From: Nitrosomonas europaea
Lineage (GTDB): Bacteria > Pseudomonadota > Gammaproteobacteria > Burkholderiales > Nitrosomonadaceae
Assembly (NCBI RefSeq): GCF_900167395.1
Contig: NZ_FUWK01000045.1
Location: 1-21,125, forward strand
DNA length: 21,125 nt
Direction of reading: 5' to 3'
The notes beneath the pieces are model-generated. The model searched no databases. It was given only the letters and a program-made list of their open reading frames with translations, and was not told where the DNA came from. Positions 9,482 to 19,061 of this stretch are shown here, in pieces. The position numbers and the translations under genes are program-made. Position 1 is the stretch's first letter, and every line of letters starts with the position of its first letter.

Positions 9482-10207
9482 ATGGATCAGTCTTCCATCC
9501 TTGACTTCAGAAGTGGCACCTTTTTCGCACCCATTCTGGTCCTGTACAACAATGATCTGGAAAAGATCGAGCAGCGGTTGCAGGAGAAAATTGCCAGTGC
9601 TCCCGATTTCTTCAGCAGTTCCCCTGTATTGTTCGATTTGAGTGAGCTGAATGAGAATGACAAAAAGATCGATGTCGAAGCGCTCATATCACTCCTTCGT
9701 AGACTGAGCCTCTTCCCTGTCGGGATCAGGGGGGGAGATCCTTCACAGGAAAAGCGGGCGCTGGAATTATCCGTTCCGGTTGATTCCGGCCGCAGCCGTA
9801 ATGACGCTATTCTGCCGGAGATACAAAGGAAAGACGATACCATGCCCGAGGTTCAGCCAGTGATCAGGGAGGCGGTACGCGCGCCTGCAATGATGATTAC
9901 CCAGCCGGTGCGCTCGGGCCAGCGGATCTATGCTGCCAGCGATCTGGTGATTCTGGCACAGGTCAGTGCTGGTGCTGAAATCATGGCTGAAGGCAATATC
10001 CATGTTTATAACACGCTGAGAGGGCGGGCACTGGCCGGTGTGCAGGGAGATACCGCTGCCAGGTTTTTCTGTCTGGATCTGCAGGCGGAACTGGTTTCAA
10101 TTGCAGGTATTTATAAAACCAGCGAGGATCTGAAGGAGACTCCCAAGAAGAAGCCGGTACAGGTCTATTTGCGCGATCAGGCGCTGATCATTGAAGAATT
10201 GAGCTGA
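9482..10207 (+). CDS. minC: septum site-determining protein MinC
   Basis: 241 aa immediately upstream of minD and minE. The C-terminal beta-helix-type segment GQRIYA...[33 protein letters not shown] is typical of MinC. Confidence 0.92.
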
Positions 10208-10232
10208 AAATATTTCTGAGAAGGAGATTCAA

Positions 10233-11042
10233 TTGGCAAGAATCATCGTCGTAACGTCAGGGAAGGGGGGGGTCGGTAAAACCACGACCAGTGCTGCGAT
10301 CGCCATGGGGTTGGCTAAAAGGGGGCATAAAACAGCTGTCATCGATTTCGATGTCGGTCTGCGCAATCTGGATCTGATCATGGGATGTGAGCGCCGCGTG
10401 GTGTACGACTTCGTCAACGTCATCAATGGTGAAGCGAATCTCAATCAGGCGCTGATCAAGGATAAGAACTGCAATCAGCTCTATATCCTGCCTGCGTCGC
10501 AGACACGTGATAAAGATGCGCTGAATCTGGAAGGTGTTGGCAGGGTGCTGGAGGAACTTTCCAAGGATTTCAAATATATCGTGTGTGATTCCCCTGCAGG
10601 GATCGAGAAAGGGGCCTACCTCGCCATGTATTATGCAGATGATGCATTTGTCGTGACCAACCCGGAAGTTTCATCCGTAAGAGATTCGGATCGTATGCTG
10701 GGGATACTGGCAAGCAAATCGCGCCGGGCTGAATTGAACATGGAGCCTATCAAGGAATACCTGTTGCTGACGCGTTATGATCCGGATCGGGTTGAATCCG
10801 GTGAAATGCTGGGTCTGGATGATGTGCAGGAGATTTTGTCGTTACATTTGCTGGGTGTCATTCCGGAATCCAAATCGGTGTTGAATGCGTCTAATTCGGG
10901 AATTCCCGTGATTCTGGATGAGAAAAGCGATGCAGGTCAGGCCTATGCGGATGTGGTAGCGCGTTATCTTGGAGAAAAAAAACCACTCCGTTTCATTGAC
11001 AGTAAGAAAGGATTTCTCAGAAAGCTGTTTGGAGGTAAATAA
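10233..11042 (+). CDS. minD: septum site-determining ATPase MinD
   Basis: TTG start. It has the deviant Walker A motif SGKGGVGKTT and a C-terminal amphipathic helix KKGFLRKLFGG. 269 aa. Confidence 0.96.
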   Translation: MARIIVVTSGKGGVGKTTTSAAIAMGLAKRGHKTAVIDFDVGLRNLDLIMGCERRVVYDFVNVINGEANLNQALIKDKNCNQLYILPASQTRDKDALNLEGVGRVLEELSKDFKYIVCDSPAGIEKGAYLAMYYADDAFVVTNPEVSSVRDSDRMLGILASKSRRAELNMEPIKEYLLLTRYDPDRVESGEMLGLDDVQEILSLHLLGVIPESKSVLNASNSGIPVILDEKSDAGQAYADVVARYLGEKKPLRFIDSKKGFLRKLFGGK

Positions 11043-11338
11043 TGAGCTTACTGGATTATTTCAGATCATCTAAATCTAAAACAGCTTCGGTTGCCAAGGA
11101 AAGATTGCAGATTCTCGTTGCGCATGAACGTTATTATCGCAACAAACCGTCTTATCTGCCCCAGTTGCAGGAAGAGTTGATGCAGGTCATCCGCAAGTAC
11201 GTACAAGTGGATCAGGATGCCATCTCCGTTAAATTCGAACAGGATGACAACCAGGAAACACTCGAATTGAATATCATCCTGCCGGATTCGCAGAATACGC
11301 GGAATACTCAGCAGGATGCAGTACGAAATTCATTCTGA
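11042..11338 (+). CDS. minE: cell division topological specificity factor MinE
   Basis: TAATG overlap with the minD stop. The N-terminus MSLLDYFRSSKSKTASVAKERLQILVAHER is canonical MinE. At 98 aa it is about 10 aa longer at the C-terminus than the E. coli protein. Confidence 0.95.
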   Translation: MSLLDYFRSSKSKTASVAKERLQILVAHERYYRNKPSYLPQLQEELMQVIRKYVQVDQDAISVKFEQDDNQETLELNIILPDSQNTRNTQQDAVRNSF

Positions 11339-11450
11339 ACGGCCATGTCCCGCCGAATCATTAAAAATTACTGGAGGAGGGCTACCTGCCAGATCTCCTG
11401 AAATGAATGACATCGTGTTTTCCTGCATTTCCAGTTTGAGTGCCAGGAGA

Positions 11451-12089
11451 ATGGCATGCAGAAGCTGGGTGCTGGGCATTCTCCTGGTTCTGGTCGGGTG
11501 TGCCGGGCCGGAGGTTCATCAGGGAGAAGTGACTACAGTCGTCATTCAACCGGTACAAGAGCAAGCTGATATTGCGAATGAGCCTTTTGTACTCACTGGC
11601 AGGTTGGCAGTGAATGCCAGACAGCATCGGTTTTCCGGGGGAATTCGCTGGCAGCATACCGGGCAGAGTGATGAAATTTACCTGTTTTCCCCGCTTGGGC
11701 AGATCGTTGCAGAGATTTTCAGGGATCAGACCGGCGTGCGTCTGGTTACTTCTGAGCCCGCCATTTATCGGGCACAGAATGCGGAGTATCTCACCAGCCA
11801 GGTACTGGGCTGGGAGCTGCCGCTTGCCGGTATGCGGTTCTGGGTGCGCGGAACCCATTTTCCAGATACGGTTGCTGAAAAAGATCTGGATAAGAACAGA
11901 CGTACGGTAGCCATTCGTCAGGATGGGTGGCAGGTGGTTTACCAGAATTATTATCCTGCACAGGAGGGTATGTCTGTTTTACCAAGATTGCTGGAATTTA
12001 GTCGGCCGGATGTGAAAATGAGGCTGCTGGTCGATCAGTGGCAGGGTGAAACAAAGAGCGGTGACGCCACGGGTAGAAAGTTACCGTAA
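11451..12089 (+). CDS. lolB: outer-membrane lipoprotein LolB
   Basis: ORF 11316..12089(+). It has the lipobox LLVLVGCAG and LolB-like segments (FVLTGRLAV, GWELPLAGMRFWVRG, RQDGWQVVYQNYY). The start is uncertain: Met at 11451 gives a 17-aa lipoprotein signal peptide, and the alternative in-frame Met is at 11403. The position upstream of ispE is the conserved one. Confidence 0.85.
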   Translation: MACRSWVLGILLVLVGCAGPEVHQGEVTTVVIQPVQEQADIANEPFVLTGRLAVNARQHRFSGGIRWQHTGQSDEIYLFSPLGQIVAEIFRDQTGVRLVTSEPAIYRAQNAEYLTSQVLGWELPLAGMRFWVRGTHFPDTVAEKDLDKNRRTVAIRQDGWQVVYQNYYPAQEGMSVLPRLLEFSRPDVKMRLLVDQWQGETKSGDATGRKLP

Positions 12090-12109
12090 ATAATTTTTCT
12101 TTCTCGTGT

Positions 12110-12946
12110 ATGGACATATTTCCAGCGCCGGCCAAACTCAACCTGTTTCTGCACGTGATCGGACGTCGGGAAGATGGTTACCATCTGTTGCAGACCGTCT
12201 TCCGCTTTATCGACCATTCAGATCGACTGCATTTTGACATCACTCATGATGGTGTCATCAGGCATGAGAACCTGATTCCCGGCCTGACGGAAACGGATGA
12301 TTTATGCGTTCGGGCAGCAAAATTGTTGCGGCAACGGTTTGGCAGAGAGTCACTCGGAGTGAAAATTCATCTGGAAAAGAACATTCCGCTGGGCGGAGGG
12401 CTGGGCGGAGGAAGTTCCGATGCGGCCACAACACTGATTGCCCTGAACAGGCTGTGGGGGATCAACTGGAAAAGAGAACGCCTGATGGCACTGGGACTGG
12501 AATTGGGCGCCGATGTGCCGGTGTTCATCTATGGCAGGAATGCATTTGCCGAGGGAGTGGGGGAAGAACTGCATGCTGTCGATTTGCCATCGGCCTGGTA
12601 TGTCGTGCTGACGCCGCCTGTCCAGATTTCCACAGCGGCGGTTTTCACCAGCAAAGAGTTGACACGAAATACAATTCCTATCAAAATGGCGGCCTTTTCC
12701 ATGGGACAGGGGCATAATGATCTTGAGCCCGTTGCGATGCGCATGCAGCCTGTCATTGCTGGATGGCTGGGATGGTTGAAGCAGCAGCATGGCACGACGA
12801 AAGTGGCGATGAGTGGTTCAGGGTCGTGTATGTTTGCGGAATTCCCTTCCGAATCGGCTGCGCGCGAGGTATTCGGGCGGTTGCCGGGCGATATGAGCGG
12901 ATTTGTCGTGTCAGGGCTCGCAAGACATCCTTTGTCGGATTTTTAG
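12110..12946 (+). CDS. ispE: 4-diphosphocytidyl-2-C-methyl-D-erythritol kinase (IspE)
   Basis: N-terminus PAPAKLNLFLHVIGRREDGYH and the GHMP kinase motif PLGGGLGGGSSDAA. 278 aa. Confidence 0.95.
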   Translation: MDIFPAPAKLNLFLHVIGRREDGYHLLQTVFRFIDHSDRLHFDITHDGVIRHENLIPGLTETDDLCVRAAKLLRQRFGRESLGVKIHLEKNIPLGGGLGGGSSDAATTLIALNRLWGINWKRERLMALGLELGADVPVFIYGRNAFAEGVGEELHAVDLPSAWYVVLTPPVQISTAAVFTSKELTRNTIPIKMAAFSMGQGHNDLEPVAMRMQPVIAGWLGWLKQQHGTTKVAMSGSGSCMFAEFPSESAAREVFGRLPGDMSGFVVSGLARHPLSDF

Positions 12947-12955
12947 AATATTTTT

Positions 12956-13030
12956 TGGGGAGTCGCCAAGTGGTAAGGCACCGGATTTTGATTCCGGCAT
13001 TCGTAGGTTCGATCCCTACCTCCCCAGCCA
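12956..13030 (+). tRNA. tRNA-Gln (anticodon UUG)
   Basis: A hand-folded cloverleaf: acceptor TGGGGAG/CTCCCCA, D arm GCC-AAGTGGTAA-GGC, anticodon arm CCGGA-TTTTGAT-TCCGG (anticodon TTG), variable loop CATTC, T arm GTAGG-TTCGATC-CCTAC, discriminator G, encoded CCA. 75 nt, very close to E. coli tRNA-Gln. Confidence 0.95.
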
Positions 13031-13122
13031 GATCCCAATGAATCTGCCAGTATCGTGGCAGGTATCACGCAAGTGGCCGGATCAGCCCGTGTCGTTTTTT
13101 AAACCGGATGTAAAAGTTACCT

Positions 13123-14073
13123 ATGTCCTATGACAGCCTGATGGTTTTTACCGGAACGGCCAATCCGAAACTGGCACATGATGTAGTCAAATATCTGAAC
13201 ATCAATCTCGGGCGTGCAAACGTTGGGCGTTTCAGTGATGGTGAAGTCATGGTGGAGATACTTGAAAATGTCAGGGGTAATGACGTTTTTGTATTGCAAT
13301 CCACCTGTACACCGACCAATGACAGCCTGATGGAAATTCTGGTGATCGTCGATGCGCTGAAACGTGCTTCAGCCAGCCGTGTTACTGCGGCAATTCCCTA
13401 TTTCGGTTATGCGCGGCAGGATAGAAGAACCCGGTCTGCGCGGGTACCCATTACCGCCAAAGTTGTGGCAAATATGCTGACCAGTGTCGGAGTGGACAGG
13501 GTACTGACCATGGATTTACATTCCGACCAGATTCAGGGGTTTTTCGATATTCCGGTCGATAACGTCTACGGCATGCCGATTCTGCTCGGGGACATCTGGA
13601 AGCATGACTATCAGAACCTGATCGTCGTTTCGCCCGATGTGGGCGGCGTGGTACGTGCACGCCATCTTGCCAAGCGCCTGGAATGTGATCTGGCCATCAT
13701 AGACAAGCGGCGTCCCAAACCGAATGAATCCAAGGTCATGAACATCATCGGTGACGTCAGGGGGCGTACCTGCGTGATCATCGATGACATGGTGGATACG
13801 GCAAACACATTGTGTGAAGCGGCATCTGCGTTGAAACGGGAAGGTGCAGCCAGCGTGATCGCCTATTCGACTCATGCGGTTCTGTCAGGGAAGGCAGTGG
13901 AACGTGTCCAGACTTCGGATCTGGATAAACTGGTGGTAACGGATACGATTCCGTTAAGAGAAGATGCCAGCAAATGTAACCGTATTCATCAGTTAAGCGT
14001 GGCCAGCCTGCTGGGTGAATCCATGCTCAGGATAAGTAACGAAAGTTCGCTGAGCTCGCTGTTTATAGAATGA
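13123..14073 (+). CDS. prs: ribose-phosphate pyrophosphokinase (PRPP synthetase)
   Basis: 316 aa with PRPP synthetase motifs: [29 protein letters not shown], and [11 protein letters not shown] (PRPP-binding loop). Confidence 0.96.
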   Translation: MSYDSLMVFTGTANPKLAHDVVKYLNINLGRANVGRFSDGEVMVEILENVRGNDVFVLQSTCTPTNDSLMEILVIVDALKRASASRVTAAIPYFGYARQDRRTRSARVPITAKVVANMLTSVGVDRVLTMDLHSDQIQGFFDIPVDNVYGMPILLGDIWKHDYQNLIVVSPDVGGVVRARHLAKRLECDLAIIDKRRPKPNESKVMNIIGDVRGRTCVIIDDMVDTANTLCEAASALKREGAASVIAYSTHAVLSGKAVERVQTSDLDKLVVTDTIPLREDASKCNRIHQLSVASLLGESMLRISNESSLSSLFIE

Positions 14074-14129
14074 GATAATGTTCTGGTCCGTTCGCGGGTG
14101 GGCGGGCTGTTTGTTTTCAGGAGAATGGA

Positions 14130-14726
14130 ATGCAAATCGAAATCAGTGCCAACAGTCGTAAATTACATGGAACCGGCGCAAATCGTCGTCTGCGTTCCCA
14201 AGGAAGATTGCCGGGAGTCATTTATGGTGGCAATGGTGATGCGCAATCGATCGAACTCGATCACAAGGATCTGTACTACAAGCTGAAAATGGAAGCTTTT
14301 CATGCATCCATCCTTTCGATCAGTATTGATGGCAAAAAGGAACAGGTGCTTTTGCGTGATGTGCAAATGCACCCGTTCAAGCAACAGGTGTTGCACATCG
14401 ACTTTCAGCGTGTCAGACAGGATCAGAAAATCCACGTAAAAGTACCGCTGCATTTCATTAACGCTGATATTGCGCCAGGGGTCAAGTTGTCGGGCGGGAT
14501 GATCAGCCACGTGGCAACCGAGATCGAGATATCCTGTCTGCCTAAAGATCTGCCTGAATTCATCACGGTGGATCTGTCCGGAATGACAGCCGGCAGCACG
14601 CTGCATTTGAGTGATCTGATACTGTCGGAAAATGTCGAAATACCTGCTTTGTTGAAAGGTGACAATCTGCCGGTGGCTACACTTATTGCGAAGCGTGGGG
14701 AAGCCGGCGAATCCAGCGAAGAATAA
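14130..14726 (+). CDS. rplY: 50S ribosomal protein L25 / general stress protein Ctc
   Basis: 198 aa, the long (Ctc-type) L25 form: N-terminus [24 protein letters not shown], with an acidic C-terminal tail. AGGAGA RBS upstream. The position between prs and pth is conserved. Confidence 0.93.
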   Translation: MQIEISANSRKLHGTGANRRLRSQGRLPGVIYGGNGDAQSIELDHKDLYYKLKMEAFHASILSISIDGKKEQVLLRDVQMHPFKQQVLHIDFQRVRQDQKIHVKVPLHFINADIAPGVKLSGGMISHVATEIEISCLPKDLPEFITVDLSGMTAGSTLHLSDLILSENVEIPALLKGDNLPVATLIAKRGEAGESSEE

Positions 14727-14745
14727 ACCTGATTCTGTTTGTATG

Positions 14746-14764
14746 CCAGGGAGTATCTCCCTGG
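14746..14764 (+). terminator. hairpin downstream of rplY
   Basis: ccagggag (14746-14753) tat ctccctgg (14757-14764): a perfect 8-bp stem with a 3-nt loop, 20 nt after the rplY stop. It lacks a good T-run (tatcgttcacc follows). Confidence 0.35.
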
Positions 14765-14845
14765 TATCGTTCACCTCGTATCGCAATCCATTATTAAGTC
14801 CGTTCACCCTTTTCTGAATCCCTTGTTGCCGAACTGCACTGAGTT

Positions 14846-15433
14846 ATGGAGTTACCCGTAAGGCTGGTGGTGGGTCTTGGCAACCCGGGCGAGAAGTATG
14901 CCTCGACCCGCCATAACGTCGGTTTTGACTGGTTGGACCGTCTGGCCAGTTCACAACGGGTTGCATTCACGCTGGAAACCCGGTTTCGCGGGTTGTGTGC
15001 ACGCATCATGCTGGCCGATACCGACATCTGGTTGCTCAAACCCCAAACCTACATGAATGCTAGCGGTATGTCGGTTGCTGCTGTATGCCGCTATTACAAA
15101 ATAGTGCCTGAACAGATGCTGGTCGTTCACGATGAACTGGACCTGCAGCCTGGCGTCATCAAACTGAAATCCGGTGGCGGGACCGGGGGACACAACGGCC
15201 TTAAAAGTATCGTCGCGGATCTTTCCAGCCAGGTTTTCTGGCGATTGCGGATCGGCGTGGGACATCCGGGAGATCGAAATCAGGTGGTGGATTATGTCCT
15301 GCATCCCCCGCGCAGGGAAGAAGCAGCACTGATTGATGAAGCAATAGATCACAGCATGCAGGTATGGCCGCTGATCGCCCGGGGAGATTTTGCCGCGGCA
15401 ATGCAGCGACTGCATACCCGGCAGGAAAACTGA
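14846..15433 (+). CDS. pth: peptidyl-tRNA hydrolase
   Basis: LVVGLGNPGEKYASTRHNVGF signature. 195 aa. Confidence 0.96.
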   Translation: MELPVRLVVGLGNPGEKYASTRHNVGFDWLDRLASSQRVAFTLETRFRGLCARIMLADTDIWLLKPQTYMNASGMSVAAVCRYYKIVPEQMLVVHDELDLQPGVIKLKSGGGTGGHNGLKSIVADLSSQVFWRLRIGVGHPGDRNQVVDYVLHPPRREEAALIDEAIDHSMQVWPLIARGDFAAAMQRLHTRQEN

Positions 15434-15507
15434 AAAAAACTGAGAAACTGTCTCACCTGTAAGCTGCTATTCTGTATCGCTTTCAGGAAATCGATGGAAA
15501 CCGGATT

Positions 15508-16599
15508 ATGAGCCTGAAATGTGGAATCGTCGGTTTGCCCAATGTTGGCAAATCCACTTTGTTTAATGCGTTGACCAAAGCAGGTATCGCTGCAGAAAAC
15601 TATCCGTTCTGCACCATCGAGCCCAACGTCGGTATCGTTGAAGTACCTGATTCACGCCTCACCGAGCTGAGCAGAATCGTCAATCCGCAGCGTGTGCAAC
15701 CGGCCATCGTGGAGTTCGTCGATATTGCCGGACTGGTGGCGGGTGCTTCCAAGGGAGAGGGGTTGGGTAACCAGTTTCTTGCCAACATTCGTGAAACAGA
15801 TGCCATCGTCAACGTCGTGCGCTGTTTCGATGATCCGAATGTCGTGCACGTTGCCGGCAAGGTCGATCCGCTGGCTGATATCGAGGTCATTTTGACCGAA
15901 CTGGCACTGGCCGATCTTGCTACCGTGGATAAAGCCATTGCGCGTGATGGCAAGAAAGCGAAATCCGGTGACAAGGAAGCAATCAAACTGGTTACGGTAC
16001 TTGAGAAATTGATACCACACCTCAATCAGGGGCAGCCGGCGCGCACATTCCCGCTTTCAAACGAGGAAAAGGAAATCATCAGGCCGTTGTGCCTGCTGAC
16101 GATCAAGCCGGCCATGTATGTGGGTAATGTGCTGGAAGACGGTTTTGAAAACAATCCATATCTCGATCGCCTGCGTGAATATGCAGCAAAAGAAAACGCA
16201 CCAGTCGTGGCGCTGTGTGCCAAGATCGAAGCTGAACTGGCCGATCTCGACGAAGCAGATAAAAAGGAATTTCTGGCTGACCTGGGGCTGGAAGAACCTG
16301 GCCTCAACCGCCTGATTCGTGCGGGTTACGATCTGCTTGGCCTGCAAACCTATTTCACTGCCGGTGTGAAGGAAGTGCGCGCCTGGACCATACACAAGGG
16401 CAATACTGCCCCGCAGGCAGCAGGCGTCATCCACACCGACTTTGAAAAAGGCTTCATCCGGGCACAAACCGTATCCTATGCTGATTTCATTGCCTGCGGC
16501 GGCGAAGCCGGCGCGAAGGAAAAAGGCAAAATGCGGGTGGAAGGCAAAGATTACATCGTTCAGGATGGTGATGTGATGCATTTTCTGTTTAACGTCTGA
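15508..16599 (+). CDS. ychF: redox-regulated ribosome-binding ATPase YchF
   Basis: [19 protein letters not shown]-loop and the C-terminal TGS-type segment [30 protein letters not shown]. 363 aa. Confidence 0.97.
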   Translation: MSLKCGIVGLPNVGKSTLFNALTKAGIAAENYPFCTIEPNVGIVEVPDSRLTELSRIVNPQRVQPAIVEFVDIAGLVAGASKGEGLGNQFLANIRETDAIVNVVRCFDDPNVVHVAGKVDPLADIEVILTELALADLATVDKAIARDGKKAKSGDKEAIKLVTVLEKLIPHLNQGQPARTFPLSNEEKEIIRPLCLLTIKPAMYVGNVLEDGFENNPYLDRLREYAAKENAPVVALCAKIEAELADLDEADKKEFLADLGLEEPGLNRLIRAGYDLLGLQTYFTAGVKEVRAWTIHKGNTAPQAAGVIHTDFEKGFIRAQTVSYADFIACGGEAGAKEKGKMRVEGKDYIVQDGDVMHFLFNV

Positions 16600-16607
16600 G
16601 GAAAGCT

Positions 16608-16639
16608 ATTGACGTCTGTGGATGAAAGTAGACGTCAAT
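16608..16639 (+). terminator. hairpin 9 nt after the ychF stop
   Basis: attgacgtct (16608-16617) / agacgtcaat (16630-16639): a perfect 10-bp stem with a 12-nt loop. No T-tract follows, so its function as an intrinsic terminator is uncertain. Confidence 0.4.
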
Positions 16640-17037
16640 GGCATCGAAATTGGGCTGAAAATCGTCGATTTCGTTGATAGGTTTCCGGTTCAGGTCCTTG
16701 ATGCTTTATCAGGGGTTTTTCGTTTTTACCCCATCACTTCACGCCAATAAGTGCTTATAGATCAATGTGTTAATATTGACACCCTCGTTGGCTTCGATGA
16801 TGCCACCACACCATTTCGGGGGTATATCTGGTGGTATCTGGAAACGTAAGTGGGGGTATTTCCGAGAGCACTTGCTCTCAGGTAATTCGCGTTATGTGAC
16901 AAGTAGTGATGCATTCTGCGAAACAATTGATGACGCTGCCATTTTCGCTTTCAACGAAGCCAAACGCTTCAGTAAGCTGAACCTCACACACAACACATCC
17001 GCGCGGCATTGCCTGTCAGTATCAATTCAGCAACATG

Positions 17038-17880
17038 TCAGTCATTGGCCCGTGGCAACCCAGCCGCCCGAAGGATGCGCAATACGTTCCGAAAGACATC
17101 GTCGAACGGAGGCAGAGCACTCATCTGATGCGCGAGCCGGGTCGTCCAGAGACGCCTCAGCCGCTCTTCCTTGGCTGCGATCGCCTGCTCGATGCCCGCG
17201 GCGGTACGTTGCCGATGTGCGAGCTTGGCGTCGAGTTCGGTGCGCAGTTCCGCGATGCGCAGATCGGCGGCGTTCAGCAGATACCAGAGGTCATACAGAT
17301 CACGCGGTTCGTTGCGGGCGCGATCACTCAGCGCGAGCAGCTTCTCGATCACGATCTCTTCGAGGGCGTAGACCTTGACGGTCGGCCCTTCCGGCAGATC
17401 ATCGAAGCCGTCGTAGGCCCGATGGATCGGGCGATCGACCAATGGAAAGCACAGCACCTCGTCGATCGTGATGTCCACCTTCACGTCGTTGGCCGCAGGC
17501 AGTGGACCCTGGTAGCGCAGGTAGAAGGTATGGCTGTTCTGATGACCGTGGCGGTCCTCGCGGTCGAAGGCGATCCGCAGCCCGCAGGCGTTTTCGATCA
17601 CAGCGAAGATGTCGTTCAAACCGGCCAAAATTTCGTCGAGGGTGATCGGACGGATCAAGGTGAAGTCCAGATCCTCCGAGAATCGATAGTCCACGAACCA
17701 GCAGCGCCGTAGTGCCGTGCCACCCTTGAAAGCCAGCACGTCGCGCAGCGGATGGCCGGCCAGGCCCGTCAGGAACCAGGCCAGCACGTAGTCGCGCTCG
17801 ATGACCGCTTCGGGAATGCGTCGGCCGCCGGCGAACACCTGCGTGTTCGAGATCAAGGACAGGTTGCGTTGGGGAATCAT
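17038..17880 (-). CDS. abiEii: AbiEii/AbiGii-family nucleotidyltransferase toxin (DUF1814), type IV TA / abortive infection
   Basis: ORF 17038..18147(-), trimmed to MIPQRNLSL (cat at 17878-17880), which overlaps the upstream stop as TGATG. It has NTase signatures FKGGTALRRCW and YRFSEDLDF. 280 aa. G/C-ending codon bias. Confidence 0.88.
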   Translation of the reverse strand: MIPQRNLSLISNTQVFAGGRRIPEAVIERDYVLAWFLTGLAGHPLRDVLAFKGGTALRRCWFVDYRFSEDLDFTLIRPITLDEILAGLNDIFAVIENACGLRIAFDREDRHGHQNSHTFYLRYQGPLPAANDVKVDITIDEVLCFPLVDRPIHRAYDGFDDLPEGPTVKVYALEEIVIEKLLALSDRARNEPRDLYDLWYLLNAADLRIAELRTELDAKLAHRQRTAAGIEQAIAAKEERLRRLWTTRLAHQMSALPPFDDVFRNVLRILRAAGLPRAND

Positions 17881-18722
17881 CAGCCGAGCCTCACTGCGTC
17901 GAGTTCTTCGGGTGTCACGTTGAGCCGCAGGCGCCAGCGCGAGACGAACGGGCCTTCGGCCGGCAGCAGGGGATCGAAACGCTGGTAGGTCGCGGTCAGC
18001 ATGCCGCGCAGCGATTCCAGCGTCGCCGCGTCGCCCAGGCCGTAGTGCTCCAGCAGGTAGCCGAGGCGGCGCACGACCGCGCCCACGTCGAGGCGGCGCA
18101 CGTACTCCACCAGGCGGGGCAGGTCGAGTTCGGCACGCTTCATCCACAGGCCCTTGGCGACCTCGGTGATGCCGCCGACGAACGCCGGGTGCCGCAGACC
18201 GTCGAGGATCGTGCGCTCGATGTCGCTGATCGCCACGAAGCGTTCCTTGTCGATCCAGTGCTTCGTCACGCCGAAGACCTGCTCGGGGGTGACGTGGACG
18301 AAGCGGAAGTCATAGCCGCCCACCGTCTGCGGGCGCACGCGCCGCGTGCAGGACACGTACACGGTGAAATTCGGTTGCGTCACCATGCGATGCAGCTCGA
18401 AGGCAGTGCCGTGCGACAGGAAATACGAGGCCTCGCCCGCGAGTTCGCGTGCGATCAGGTAGGGGCTGTCGACATGCTCGGTGGCCCGCCCCAGCTCGAA
18501 CGGCACGAGGTTGTACAGACCCGGCTTGAGCCGGGTCACCAGGCCGCGCTGCCGGGCCTTGTGGACCAGCGTGCGGGCCGCGGTCGGCGACAACCCCGTG
18601 ATCGTGCGCACGTCCGCCACGGTGAACGTGCTCTTGCGCAGCTCGTGCAGTTCCGTGATGAGCTGTGCCGACCGTGGTCCGAGGGTCTTCGTATGATATT
18701 TCTCGCTCAAATCGAGCCTCAT
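17880..18722 (-). CDS. abiEi: AbiEi-family antitoxin / transcriptional regulator (N-terminal wHTH, COG5340-like)
   Basis: 280 aa. The N-terminal segment FTVADVRTITGLSPTAARTLVHKARQRGLVTRLKPGLYNLVP is a typical AbiEi winged-helix region. It lies immediately upstream of abiEii with a 1-nt overlap. Confidence 0.88.
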   Translation of the reverse strand: MRLDLSEKYHTKTLGPRSAQLITELHELRKSTFTVADVRTITGLSPTAARTLVHKARQRGLVTRLKPGLYNLVPFELGRATEHVDSPYLIARELAGEASYFLSHGTAFELHRMVTQPNFTVYVSCTRRVRPQTVGGYDFRFVHVTPEQVFGVTKHWIDKERFVAISDIERTILDGLRHPAFVGGITEVAKGLWMKRAELDLPRLVEYVRRLDVGAVVRRLGYLLEHYGLGDAATLESLRGMLTATYQRFDPLLPAEGPFVSRWRLRLNVTPEELDAVRLG

Positions 18723-18740
18723 AGGGATACATATTGGCTG

Positions 18741-18766
18741 TGGAATATAACATTAATCATATTCCA
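18741..18766. promoter_or_regulatory. inverted repeat in the AT-rich divergent promoter region; candidate AbiEi operator
   Basis: tggaatat (18741-18748) N10 atattcca (18759-18766), 19-44 bp upstream of the abiEi ATG. It sits in an 87-bp AT-rich gap inside otherwise GC-rich DNA. On the minus strand, TTTACC-N17-TTATAT overlaps the repeat. Confidence 0.4.
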
Positions 18767-18809
18767 TGGTAAATACGTGCCCTATGAGGAGACGAATCGA
18801 GCGAATGAT

Positions 18810-19034
18810 ATGACTGCCTCCGGGCGGTCGCGCCAAGGCTGGCGTCATGCGCAGGACATGGTGCACTACGAACTGGATCAGCTCTCGACGTACTTCACGC
18901 GCAGCGTGGTGGTGCAGGAGCCGGGGCGCACGGCGCATCGGTTGGTGGAAGGTGCCTATGAGTGGGTCTTCCTCAAGACCGGCATGCTGGAGTGGGTGCA
19001 GAACGCCTCAGCGCACGCCCGCACCGACAGCTAG
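18810..19034 (+). CDS. hypothetical 74-aa soluble protein; possibly the N-terminal half of a gene split by an amber codon
   Basis: ATG at 18810, TAG at 19032-19034. By hand count, 63 of 74 codons end in G/C, matching islet codon bias. The gene is divergent from abiEi. It is the only part of track ORF 18045..19034 that is not antisense to abiEi. I recognise no family. Confidence 0.5.
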   Translation: MTASGRSRQGWRHAQDMVHYELDQLSTYFTRSVVVQEPGRTAHRLVEGAYEWVFLKTGMLEWVQNASAHARTDS

Positions 19035-19061
19035 GTAGCGTCCAGGAACTTCCGCTACTAC

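Noticed and set aside
16767-17378. 203-aa plus-strand ORF spanning the ychF-abiEii gap
   Set aside because: Its second half is antisense to abiEii and Arg/Ala-rich. Its start has no RBS. At most its first 90 or so codons are a remnant of a disrupted host gene, noted as a low-interest finding.
17881-18147. 89-codon Arg/Pro/Ala-rich N-terminal extension of abiEii (track ORF 17038..18147)
   Set aside because: It lies wholly inside abiEi in another frame and is low-complexity, as expected of GC-rich off-frame translation. The ATG at 17878-17880 overlaps the abiEi stop and yields the normal protein of about 280 aa.
18045-18809. The upstream roughly 255 codons of the 329-aa plus-strand ORF 18045..19034
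   Set aside because: This part is antisense to abiEi, the typical long shadow ORF of GC-rich DNA. Only the last 74 codons, downstream of the promoter gap, are kept as a candidate gene.
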